From assembly GCA_965229715.1 (NCBI GenBank), contig CBDDJL010000001.1, positions 138,725 through 202,724 on the forward strand: a stretch of 64,000 nucleotides of DNA, written 5' to 3'. The notes under the pieces were generated by a model. It was not told the origin of the DNA, ran no database searches, and saw only the letters and a list, made by a program, of their open reading frames with translations. A program made the position numbers and the translations under genes. Positions 44,221 through 53,035 of the stretch are shown in pieces (position 1 is the first letter of the stretch; the number at the start of each line of letters is the position of its first letter). This DNA comes from Rhodospirillales bacterium. Lineage in GTDB: Bacteria > Pseudomonadota > Alphaproteobacteria > Rhodospirillales > Casp-alpha2.

Positions 44221-45360
44221 TCAGCGAACGATGAGTTCGCGCGGATTCGATGGAGTCAATCTTTCGACACCGTCTGACGTCACCAGCATGGTCTCGCTGA
44301 TGCCGAAACCGCTCGCGAGGGCGAGCATGTGGAACACCATTCCTTCCTGGAGTTCCCAATCTTCCTGTTCATTAAAGTCGAGGGCTTCCCATTCGGCCGT
44401 CTTCGGCGGGAAGCCAATTCCGGTCGAATATCCCGTCCGATTGTAGTAGTCCGGCCGAATTGTTCGGATCGGCAACCGCGTCGCGGCGTCGACCTCGCGG
44501 GCGGAAGCGCCCGGCCGCATAAGTGCAAAACCGGCTTCCTGTGCTTTCGTCACGACATCGACGGCAGCACGAACTTCATCCGCAGGTTCGCCAATGGAGA
44601 TCGTGCGCATCTGCGTCGCGTGATAGCGCTCCATGCAGCCGTAAAGTTCAAGGAGCACGAGTTCGCCCCGCTGGATTTCCTTTGGACACCAATTGGCGTG
44701 GCAGACGTCGTACCGGTATCCCGACATGATGTGGTGAGGCAGGCCGGTGTACTCGCAGCCAGCACCGACACCGGCGTTGTATACAGCTGCGGCGACTTCG
44801 GGCTCCATGGTGCCATCTCTCATGACAGCCCAGGCAGCCTGATGCTCAAGTTCCGATAGTTGGCCGGCTCTGCGCAGGTACGCGATTTCCTGTTCGGATT
44901 TGATGACGCGGATCCGATCGACCAGCAGTGTCGCGTCGACGACTGTGGCGCTGTCGGCGTATCCGTCGGTCAGGGCATCGGCGACCCTTGAAGTCAGGAA
45001 CCACGTGCCCTTCTCAAGTCCGATCGTTCGCGGTCTGTCTACCAGCGAGCGGGCGACGTCGAGTGTCCGCTCGACGATGTCGTCGCCCTCTTTCCATGTA
45101 TCCGGATCTTCGAGCCATGAATATTCAGTGATATTGCCGCGTTCAAGGTACCGAAGGAGAATTCGTGGATCACCTTCCTGTGCCAGCAGCACGACCTGAT
45201 AAGCGAAGTAGCCGGATGTCTGGTGTCCGGTAAGATAGTAGATGTTCTCCGGCGAATGTATGAAGAGCAGATCGATCCCGTCTCGTACCATGCAGTCTTG
45301 CACGCGTCCGGCGCGGGTTTTGAACTCTGCCGTCGAGAATGCCTGTCGATTTCCTGTCAT
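44221..45360 (-). CDS. M24-family metallohydrolase (creatinase / Xaa-Pro peptidase / ectoine-hydrolase-like)
   Basis: Creatinase-type N-domain plus a pita-bread domain with metal-ligand regions (HHIMSGY, ELVLLELYGCMERYHA, GYSTGIGFPP, EGMVFHM). Confidence 0.8.
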   Translation of the reverse strand: MTGNRQAFSTAEFKTRAGRVQDCMVRDGIDLLFIHSPENIYYLTGHQTSGYFAYQVVLLAQEGDPRILLRYLERGNITEYSWLEDPDTWKEGDDIVERTLDVARSLVDRPRTIGLEKGTWFLTSRVADALTDGYADSATVVDATLLVDRIRVIKSEQEIAYLRRAGQLSELEHQAAWAVMRDGTMEPEVAAAVYNAGVGAGCEYTGLPHHIMSGYRYDVCHANWCPKEIQRGELVLLELYGCMERYHATQMRTISIGEPADEVRAAVDVVTKAQEAGFALMRPGASAREVDAATRLPIRTIRPDYYNRTGYSTGIGFPPKTAEWEALDFNEQEDWELQEGMVFHMLALASGFGISETMLVTSDGVERLTPSNPRELIVR

Positions 45361-46556
45361 GACTTTCGAGCCTCCTGTTGACTGGCGATACCGGCGCTGG
45401 TCCGAGAGGCCATTGACGAATGGCCCGCTGTTGCCGGTGCCATCAACGAAGTATCTTGAAATCGATCGATGCGAAACGGCTCAATCGGGATCGGCGTGTC
45501 ACCATCCACGCATAACTCGGCGAGAATCGCGCCAACCGCCGGGGCCATCTGAAAGCCGTGACCCGAAAAGCCGAAGGCGTGGAACAGGCCAGGCGTCGTG
45601 ACGCTTTCGCCGATAACCGGTAGGCCGTCGGGCATGACACCCTCGATGCCGCTCCAACTTCTGATCAGGTACGCGTGCCGCAAGGATGGAACGAGTTCTA
45701 TGGCGAGCGCCGCAGCTTGAACGGTGACGCGTGACAGTGGGCGGGCATGGATCGCATCACGGTCGGCGACACCGACGCCGGCCCCGAATATCACGTTCCC
45801 CCGACGGATCTGACGCACGTAGACGTCGCCGCCGCAGATCCCAAGATTGGGACGCATGAAGTATGGCAGGGGTTCCGTTACGCACATGTTCGGTGCCATC
45901 ACGTCCTCTGGAACCGGCTCGTCGAACCAGTCCGAGATCGCGCTGCCCCAGGCACCCGTCGTATTGATCAGGTGACGGCTAAGCAGGATGTTCCCATCGG
46001 CGAGGGCCACTTCGAAATTCGCGCCGTCGAATCGCGCCGAAACGACTTCGGCATGTTCCTTGATGGTGGCCCCCAGGCTCGCTGCGGTTCTCGCGAAAGC
46101 GGGAGCGACGAGACGGGGGTTGGCATGACCGTCTTCGGCACAGAAGGAACCCCCGGCGATATTGGATCCGAGCCAGGGATACCGCTTTCGCAGCGTCTTT
46201 CGGTCGACCAGTTCGACACGCAGGTCATGATTCTTGGCCGCGTTGGCGAACGCGGACAGGTCGTCGATCTCGGCTTCGTTGCGAGCCAGTTTCAGGTGAC
46301 CGGTCGGTTCGAACTCGCAGGTCTCACCGATAAGCGTGCCGAGGTTGTCCCAGATCCGGCGGCTTCGCCTTGCAATGGGTAGTTCTGCCGAATGCCGCCC
46401 CTGTTGGCGCACACCGCCATAGTTCACGCCGCTCGCCTGGCTTCCGCACGTTCGACGCTCGATCAGTGTGACCGACTGGCCCATCTTGCGGAGATGAAGC
46501 GCGGCGGAACAGCCGACGAGTCCGCCTCCGATGACGATCGCATCAACAGGCGTCAC
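45357..46556 (-). CDS. FAD-dependent oxidoreductase (DAO family; HcnC / opine-oxidase subunit B / D-hydroxyproline dehydrogenase beta-like)
   Basis: DAIVIGGGLVGCSAALHLRKMGQSVTLIE. GTG 46556 forms a GTGA overlap with the upstream stop. The longer ORF to 46808 lies inside the upstream gene. Confidence 0.8.
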   Translation of the reverse strand: MTPVDAIVIGGGLVGCSAALHLRKMGQSVTLIERRTCGSQASGVNYGGVRQQGRHSAELPIARRSRRIWDNLGTLIGETCEFEPTGHLKLARNEAEIDDLSAFANAAKNHDLRVELVDRKTLRKRYPWLGSNIAGGSFCAEDGHANPRLVAPAFARTAASLGATIKEHAEVVSARFDGANFEVALADGNILLSRHLINTTGAWGSAISDWFDEPVPEDVMAPNMCVTEPLPYFMRPNLGICGGDVYVRQIRRGNVIFGAGVGVADRDAIHARPLSRVTVQAAALAIELVPSLRHAYLIRSWSGIEGVMPDGLPVIGESVTTPGLFHAFGFSGHGFQMAPAVGAILAELCVDGDTPIPIEPFRIDRFQDTSLMAPATAGHSSMASRTSAGIASQQEARKS

Positions 46557-47935
46557 GTCGTTGCTCCCTTGGCCAACATGGCAAGTGAAACCGGCTTGAT
46601 CGGCGCCTGAGTGCGTAGATACCCGCCCTCGGAAACACACGAGCCAAGCGCGTCGGCGACAATTTCCGCGGCGGCCGCGGCGCAAACCCGTCCCTGACAT
46701 CGACCCATGCCAATGCGAGTGAAGGCCTTCACGCGGTTGATCTCGGACGCGCCTTTCTCCCGCACCGCGCGGCGCAGATCGCCCGCCGTTGCACCTTCGC
46801 ACCGGCAAACGATCTGGTCGTCTTCCGAGCTGGCGGCAATCTCGCCCGGAAACGGAAATGCATGCACAGAGAGTGCTCGGCTGAAACGCTGGTAGCGGGC
46901 GTATTCCCGAGCCAGGATGTTGAGCCGGTTTCTGTCAACGCTGAGTCCCAGATCGATTAAGGCGGCGTGTGCGGCTCGCATGCCGGCGACTTCGGCCGCC
47001 CTCGCGCCCTGAATTTTGGAACCGTCGCCCGCGACGTAGAGACCGGCAACGTCCGTGCGGCCATATCGATCGGTTGCCGGCAGCCATTGCCGCTGTTCGT
47101 CGTCGAACGAGAATGTGGCGCCGCAAAGCTCGGCGAGCTGCGTTTCGGAGCGCAGACCAAATCCGGTTGCCACGCTGTCGCAGGAGACCCGACGATGGCG
47201 GCCGCCCGCATCTCGCCAGCTTACGCCTGCGACGTGGCCGTCGCTGTCCGTTTCTGCCGCCACTCCGGATACACCGGAGGCGAGCGTCACATCGGAGAGA
47301 GCAAGCGTCGCAATGTAACGAAGGCCGTGGAGCAGTTGCTTGCCGCCGTAAACCAGCCTTGCCAAGGACCGCAGTTTGTAACGAAGCGGGCTGGTGTCCA
47401 GAACCGCGAGTGGCCTGATGCCTGCCTTCAAGTACTGGTACGCGACAAGATAGAGGAGAGGACCAGTTCCGATGAAAATAGGTCGATTACCGATCGTGCA
47501 GGCCTGCGCTTTGAGCGCCGTTTGCGCGCCGCCAAGCGTAAACACGCCGGGCGCCGTCCAGTTTTGGAAAGGAATGATTCGATCCGTCGCTCCGGTCGCA
47601 AGAATCAGGGCGTCCCACGCCAGTGTCTCGTTGCTCTCGGAGGAGACCACCGCGATCTCGCCTGCTTTGGCGTCGTATGCAATCGTACCGGGCCGATAAT
47701 CGATGCGGTCATTAACCAATTCGAACGCGTGATGAACACTCGATGCTCTAGGTGCTTCGACGCCGTAGACGTCGCGTGCGGAACGCAGTCGTGAGACTGG
47801 CGACTGTCGGTAGATTTGCCCGCCCGGCAGCTGACCTTCGTCGATGACCAAGGGCCGAATCCCCTCTGCTACCAGGGCCTCGGCCGCGCGGATGCCAGCC
47901 GGTCCAGCACCGACGATGATGGTCCTAGGAGGCAT
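46553..47935 (-). CDS. FAD/NAD(P)-binding oxidoreductase with BFD-like [2Fe-2S] domain (HcnB / opine-oxidase subunit A-like)
   Basis: MPPRTIIVGAGPAGIRAAEALVAEGIRPLVIDEGQLPGGQ. C-terminal region IVCRCEGATAGDLRRAV...FTRIGMGRCQGRVC. Confidence 0.8.
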   Translation of the reverse strand: MPPRTIIVGAGPAGIRAAEALVAEGIRPLVIDEGQLPGGQIYRQSPVSRLRSARDVYGVEAPRASSVHHAFELVNDRIDYRPGTIAYDAKAGEIAVVSSESNETLAWDALILATGATDRIIPFQNWTAPGVFTLGGAQTALKAQACTIGNRPIFIGTGPLLYLVAYQYLKAGIRPLAVLDTSPLRYKLRSLARLVYGGKQLLHGLRYIATLALSDVTLASGVSGVAAETDSDGHVAGVSWRDAGGRHRRVSCDSVATGFGLRSETQLAELCGATFSFDDEQRQWLPATDRYGRTDVAGLYVAGDGSKIQGARAAEVAGMRAAHAALIDLGLSVDRNRLNILAREYARYQRFSRALSVHAFPFPGEIAASSEDDQIVCRCEGATAGDLRRAVREKGASEINRVKAFTRIGMGRCQGRVCAAAAAEIVADALGSCVSEGGYLRTQAPIKPVSLAMLAKGATT

Positions 47936-48278
47936 TCTCTGCCTCCGTCACGATATCCAATCCGGCGACAAGCGGTGTCGTGCAGGCCCGAATGGTTTCC
48001 CCATTGCGAAGCCGTACCCAGCAGTCCTGGCACATCCCGATCCAGCAAAATCCGGCTCGGCGTTCCGGGCCGAATTCCCAGTCACGAACGGATCGGCTGA
48101 CGCCAAGAAGCGCTGTCAAAACCGAGTCGCCCTCGAACCCCTGTCGTGACGCGCCATTGAGGTTGAATGGAACAGGCTGTCGATCCTCAAGCGCGATTCG
48201 TCGAACCTGACCCGCACTGTGCCGGTCGATGGATTCGGAGCGTTTCTCGGTTTGGCGATTACTGGATGACAACGACAC
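47925..48278 (-). CDS. Small [2Fe-2S]-binding subunit (HcnA / sarcosine-oxidase-alpha N-terminal-like)
   Basis: FEGDSVLTALLG...FCWIGMCQDCWVRLRNGETIRACTTPLVAGLDI. 11-nt overlap with the next gene. Confidence 0.75.
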   Translation of the reverse strand: MSLSSSNRQTEKRSESIDRHSAGQVRRIALEDRQPVPFNLNGASRQGFEGDSVLTALLGVSRSVRDWEFGPERRAGFCWIGMCQDCWVRLRNGETIRACTTPLVAGLDIVTEAENAS

Positions 48279-48314
48279 GACAACCTTCCCAATTGATTGT
48301 TTTCATCATATAAC

Positions 48315-48355
48315 CCATATTATGGACAATACAATATAAAAAAACCATAATATGG
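48315..48355. promoter_or_regulatory. Inverted pair CCATATTATGG / CCATAATATGG (candidate operator) in a divergent promoter
   Basis: Two 11-mers at 48315-48325 and 48345-48355 are exact reverse complements separated by 19 AT-rich nt. The second overlaps the ATG of the PrpD-family gene. Confidence 0.5.
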
Positions 48356-49722
48356 ATTTATCAAAAATGACGATTGCGCAGCAGATGGCTGACTTCGTTT
48401 GCGGAACGAGAGTCGTGCCCCATGAGACTCGCTGGATGGCAGTCAACGCCGTGGTCGATCTGACGACCGCATGCGTGGCCGGGTCAGGTACGGATGCCGC
48501 GCGCTCCGCAGCACGGGCGGCACATGCGATCTGGGGGCGAGGATCATGTTCCGTGTGGCTTCGCGGTGCCCAGTTGACCGCAACCGGCGCGGCTTTTGCC
48601 AACTCGATTAGCGCCTCTGCACTCGACCTGGATGATGGTCATCGTGCAGCGGCGGGCCATCCTGGCGCTGCGATCATTCCGGCGGTTCTGGCAGAAGCCG
48701 AGGAGATCGGTTGCGAGACAGATGACATCTTGACCGCCATCGCGATCGGCTACGAAATCGCAATCCGTGTCGCCGCGTCACGCGACCTGGCGGCACTGGA
48801 TACTCTTGTTACGGGACGCTGGTGCGGACAAGGGGTTGCCGCCGCCGTGGGCTGGATGCGCGGGCTTCCCAATGAACAAATTGCGCAAGCCATGGCGCTG
48901 GCTGGTTCCTGCGCGCCGAACCTGAGCGCCGTCGCCTACTCAAGCGTCATGGGGAACCACCTGAAGGAGGGTATCGCATGGGCCACGGCAACAGGTTTGT
49001 CGGCGGTGGAATTGGCGGCACAGGGTTTCACCGGCCCCGTCGATATTTTCGACAACGCCGACTTCTTCGATCCCGATACGTTGCAGTACGGAAACGGCCC
49101 CGGCTGGTATCTCGACGGTATCTACTTCAAACCCTATAGCTGCTGCCGATGGGCGCATGCGCCGATAGATGCCATCCTCACGCTTCTCCACCGCGAAGAC
49201 ATTCGGCCGTCAGACGTCGTATCAATCGACATTCATACGTTTTCGCGCTCCTTGCGGCTGAACAACGAGGTTGCCCCGAGGACGCTAGAGGGCGCTCAGT
49301 ACAGTCTTCCTTTCTGTGTCGCACTGGCAGCGGTCAGAGGGGTCGATGCCCTGGTGCCGATGAAACGCGACTATCTGAATGATGCGGATGTCATCGAACT
49401 CAGCAGACGCGTCGGTATCGTCGTCGACCCTGAGTTCGATGCGATGTTCTCGGCCTCTGTGCCATGCCGGCTTGAGGTGAAGACGACGGACCGCACCCTC
49501 GAGGAGATCGTCATGAACCCGAAGGGCGAGCCGTCCAATCCCATGTCGCGGGACGACCTCATCGAGAAATTTCTCGTGGCGACGATCGATGTATTGGAAA
49601 ACGAAGACCGGGACCGTGGCGTAGCGGCATTCCGCGCCGCCTTCGATGGCGATCTCCGGTATGTCATCAGATTTCTGACGGGTAAATCGGCTCCGGCACC
49701 AGAAAACAGTCGAGCCCCTTAG
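48352..49722 (+). CDS. MmgE/PrpD-family protein (2-methylcitrate-dehydratase fold)
   Basis: SALDLDDGHRAAAGHPGAAIIPAVLAEAEE, and the overall length and pattern of the family. Confidence 0.8.
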   Translation: MDLSKMTIAQQMADFVCGTRVVPHETRWMAVNAVVDLTTACVAGSGTDAARSAARAAHAIWGRGSCSVWLRGAQLTATGAAFANSISASALDLDDGHRAAAGHPGAAIIPAVLAEAEEIGCETDDILTAIAIGYEIAIRVAASRDLAALDTLVTGRWCGQGVAAAVGWMRGLPNEQIAQAMALAGSCAPNLSAVAYSSVMGNHLKEGIAWATATGLSAVELAAQGFTGPVDIFDNADFFDPDTLQYGNGPGWYLDGIYFKPYSCCRWAHAPIDAILTLLHREDIRPSDVVSIDIHTFSRSLRLNNEVAPRTLEGAQYSLPFCVALAAVRGVDALVPMKRDYLNDADVIELSRRVGIVVDPEFDAMFSASVPCRLEVKTTDRTLEEIVMNPKGEPSNPMSRDDLIEKFLVATIDVLENEDRDRGVAAFRAAFDGDLRYVIRFLTGKSAPAPENSRAP

Positions 49723-49768
49723 CGTCCCGAGAAACGGCAGCGTCGATCTGGCAGAGCTGCATGAGCTG

Positions 49769-50644
49769 ATGCGGAAAACCGTGCTCGCTCTCGACGGTTC
49801 ATGCTACCAATGCCGGGCAGCAGGTTTATCGGTTTCGGAGCGAGTGACAGTGGCAAGACAACTGGCCGACAAGGCGACTGGCACGCAGCTTCTGGATCGC
49901 GCGATCGCTATCCTGAACCATCTGGGCGATGCGGGTGTGAACGGGGCGAGGGCTTCCGAGCTTGCGGACTCCGTCGGTTTAAAGCAGTCGACGGCACATC
50001 GAATTATCACGGCGCTCGAACGACATGGCCTGATCGAAAGGGAAGAATCGTCCAAGCGGTATCACCTTGGACTCTCGCTCTTCGTATTGGGCGCGAAGGC
50101 TGCCGACGGCACCGGGTTCAGGAAGATCTGTCACACCTCACTGCTTCGACTGGCTTCAGAAACCGGAGACACCGTGTTTCTCATGGCGCGGAGCGGATTC
50201 AACACCGTCTGTGTCGACCGACAGGAAGGCACGTACATGATCGATAGCCTGACAGGGCAGGTCGGCGGCCAGATTCCATTGGGCGTCGGCCCGGCCAGTC
50301 AGGCTATCCTCGCATTCATGAGGGACACCGAGGTCGACGTGATCCTGAAATCAAACGAGGCGCAGTACAATAGTTTCAACGGGCTCTCGGCGAGCGAGAT
50401 CGCGAAACGGCTTCCTGAGATCCGCGATCAAGGATACGCGTTTGATCACGGTCGCCTCGTTGAGGGGATTTCGGCGGTTGCCATGCCGATACTGCCCCAG
50501 GGCCGGGATGTTGTCGGTGCGATTGCTATTAACATGACCAGTGCCCGATTGCAGCCCGACCGATTACCGAAGCTGGTAAAACTCATGCGCGAGGAAGTCG
50601 ACCGGATCGAAGCGGCAATCAATCCACTCGAGGCGATGGTCTAA
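49769..50644 (+). CDS. IclR-family transcriptional regulator
   Basis: LLDRAIAILNHLGDAGVNGARASELADSVGLKQSTAHRIITALERHGLIE, followed by an IclR effector domain. The true start may lie downstream of 49769. Confidence 0.85.
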   Translation: MRKTVLALDGSCYQCRAAGLSVSERVTVARQLADKATGTQLLDRAIAILNHLGDAGVNGARASELADSVGLKQSTAHRIITALERHGLIEREESSKRYHLGLSLFVLGAKAADGTGFRKICHTSLLRLASETGDTVFLMARSGFNTVCVDRQEGTYMIDSLTGQVGGQIPLGVGPASQAILAFMRDTEVDVILKSNEAQYNSFNGLSASEIAKRLPEIRDQGYAFDHGRLVEGISAVAMPILPQGRDVVGAIAINMTSARLQPDRLPKLVKLMREEVDRIEAAINPLEAMV

Positions 50645-50703
50645 CCCAACTATTGCCCTGCGTGAGCCGCCGTCTTTCCGGAGGATCCCCCGGCTCAGTG
50701 AAT

Positions 50704-52408
50704 GCCTGCATTGGGTCTTGGTCGTGTGAAAACGTTTTGGCTGGGCGGTGAGTTGTCTGGCGGACCGTGATCGACGGCTGATTGATTGGGATAATGCGAT
50801 ATCGGCGCGAGCGGGCTGAATATTTGGTCCGTTAACGGTCTGAGCGGTGGTTTTTCGGCCTTGGGCAGGCGCAGTGGGGCCTATCAGGCCCTCATGGCCC
50901 GGATCAGTGGGCCGGTGCCGAGGATGTTGATGACCCGGGTCAGATTGTAGGCGAGCACGTGGAGCGCCATTTCGGTGCGCACGTTCTTGAGCCGTTTCAT
51001 CAGGAAGTGGGTTGCGCCCATGCGGGCCTTGATGGTGCCGAAGGGATGCTCGACGGTCTCGCGCCGTCTTCGCATCGCGTCCGGGTCTCGGTCGAGCCGG
51101 TGCTGAACGGCATCGACCAGGTGTTCGTGCTGCCAGCGCGTGATGCGGCGCTCGCGGCCCGTGGTGCAACGCTGCTTGATGGCGCAACTCAAGCAGGCGT
51201 TCGACCAGTAACGCCTCAGCGTGAGCCCCTTCTCCTCGTTGGTGTAGCGATAGGTGAGGCGCTCGCCGGCGGGACAGACATAGACATCGTCATCAGAGAC
51301 GTAGCGGAAGTCCTGTTTCACGAAGCGTCCCTTGGAACGGCTGCCCGATGTCATCGGCTTGGGCAGAGTCACGGTGATACCCGCCTCGTGGCAGGCCAAT
51401 ATCTCCTCGCTGGAGAAGTAACCCCGGTCGGCAACCACATCTAATGTGTCGGCCCCAAGGGCGGCTTTCGTCCGCGCCGCCATACGCGCCAGTTGTGCCC
51501 GGTCGGAGCCCGCAGTCGTCACATCATGATCGACGATCAGGTGATGCTCGGTATCGACCGAGGCTTGGACGTTGTAGCCGACCACACCTGAGCCCCGGCC
51601 ACTGGTCGCCATGGAGCGCGCATCCGGATCGGTCAGCGAGATCTGCTTGTCCGGCGCGGCAAACATGCGTTCCTCAAGGCCCCGCAGGCGCTGCATCTCG
51701 CTCTTCAGCCTGGCGATCTTTTCCGTCAGGCGGGCAACCTTACCCTCCATCGCCTCCGACGGTTCCTGGCGGTCGGCGCTGTCCAACTGGTGCAGATACC
51801 TGGCTACGCTTTCTTCTATCTGCGCCATGCGCCGCTGCATCTTGGCCCGCGTGTAGTTGCGGTCGCGGTTGTTGACCGCCTTGAACTTCGAGCCGTCGAT
51901 GGCGACGCTCGCCGAGGCCAGCAGCCCGACCGTGCGGCACAGTTCCACGAACCGGGCGCAGACCTTGCGGATCGCCGGACCGTTGTCCCGGCGGAAGTCG
52001 GCGATCGTCTTGTGATCGGGAGCCAGCCGGCCCGTCAGCCACATGACCTCCACGTTGCGGCCCGCCTCGCGCTCCAGCCGGCGGCTCGACTGCACCCGGT
52101 TCAGGTAACCGTAGATGTAGAGCTTCAACAGTCCCGACGGATGATAGCCAGGCCGCCCCGTCGAGCGCGGATCGACCCGCTCGAACCCCAGACTCCGAAG
52201 ATCAAGCTCATCGACAAAGATATCGACAACCCGGACCGGATTGTCCTCGCCGACGAAGTCGTCCAGGCATTCCGGCAGAAAGCTCGCCTGATCACGCGAC
52301 ACACCTTCAACAAACCGCTTCATCAAAACCTCACTGAGTTCGTCAGCGAGATTCTAGCAGACATCACGAAAGCAAATCGTTTTTACACAGCCAGGGTCAT
52401 TTGCAGAC
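50704..52408 (-). mobile_element. IS1182-family insertion sequence, copy 2 (1,705 bp); the only copy whose two termini mirror each other
   Basis: Identical to copy 1 over 50713-52408. Its termini are GTCTGCAAATGACC... and GCCTGCATTGGGTC... (imperfect IRs, about 15/23 matches). Confidence 0.9.
50884..52326 (-). CDS. IS1182-family DDE transposase (480 aa)
   Basis: The translation is identical to 13544-14986. Confidence 0.9.
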   Translation of the reverse strand: MMKRFVEGVSRDQASFLPECLDDFVGEDNPVRVVDIFVDELDLRSLGFERVDPRSTGRPGYHPSGLLKLYIYGYLNRVQSSRRLEREAGRNVEVMWLTGRLAPDHKTIADFRRDNGPAIRKVCARFVELCRTVGLLASASVAIDGSKFKAVNNRDRNYTRAKMQRRMAQIEESVARYLHQLDSADRQEPSEAMEGKVARLTEKIARLKSEMQRLRGLEERMFAAPDKQISLTDPDARSMATSGRGSGVVGYNVQASVDTEHHLIVDHDVTTAGSDRAQLARMAARTKAALGADTLDVVADRGYFSSEEILACHEAGITVTLPKPMTSGSRSKGRFVKQDFRYVSDDDVYVCPAGERLTYRYTNEEKGLTLRRYWSNACLSCAIKQRCTTGRERRITRWQHEHLVDAVQHRLDRDPDAMRRRRETVEHPFGTIKARMGATHFLMKRLKNVRTEMALHVLAYNLTRVINILGTGPLIRAMRA

Positions 52409-52497
52409 GAGCCAACAGGTATCTAGAAACGTCCCATATCGCCCGAATAGACGACGGGGGCTGTACAGCACTGGATCGATTTCGTGTAGAATGAGCC

Positions 52498-52677
52498 ATG
52501 CGCGATGACGATCCCCACCAGATTGCAGAGTATTTGATCCAGGTTTACGGTAGCAGTGAGGCTGCCCTGGAAGTCGCGATCAAGGGGACGACGGCAGCAC
52601 ACGAATCCGGAGACATGTACTCCGTCAGTGTCTGGCGAGAAGTGAAACACATTCTCTACCAATCTCAAGCGGCGTGA
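52498..52677 (+). CDS. Small hypothetical protein (59 aa), below the ORF-track cutoff
   Basis: My translation from ATG 52498 to TGA 52675-52677 is MRDDDPHQIAEYLIQVYGSSEAALEVAIKGTTAAHESGDMYSVSVWREVKHILYQSQAA. It looks helical and protein-like, but I have no further support. Confidence 0.35.
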   Translation: MRDDDPHQIAEYLIQVYGSSEAALEVAIKGTTAAHESGDMYSVSVWREVKHILYQSQAA

Positions 52678-53035
52678 TCGTCGCCCTATTACCTCGGCAT
52701 CGCCTTGTAGGATTGATCCAATCCTGGACAGTTCTGGCTCTGACTAGCTGCCCTTTACGGGCCGTTCTTCTCACAAGAACGGGCTCTTCCCCGTCCCTCA
52801 AAACGACCTTATCAAGCGTACCTTTCCACTGGACTACTGGTGAAGGCCGAGCGTCACTGTGACTGAGCGGTGACGTTCGAGCCTCTGAGCGCCACAGCCC
52901 TGCCCGTACCAGGATCGATGGACGGGCTCTCCTCGGTGACAGCACCGATTTCAAGGGTGTGACACTGGAGGAGAACCAAATGCCCGCTGTATCCAAGATA
53001 TCCCGCACTCAATCGCCACTGGAGGCGTCGATCAC

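Noticed and set aside
52625-53008. Minus-strand ORFs (52625-53008 and 52854-53093) as a possible continuation of the truncated kefC.
   Set aside because: Their translations show no CPA2 helices and no KTN/Rossmann (GxGxxG) motif. They are Arg/Ser/Pro-rich.
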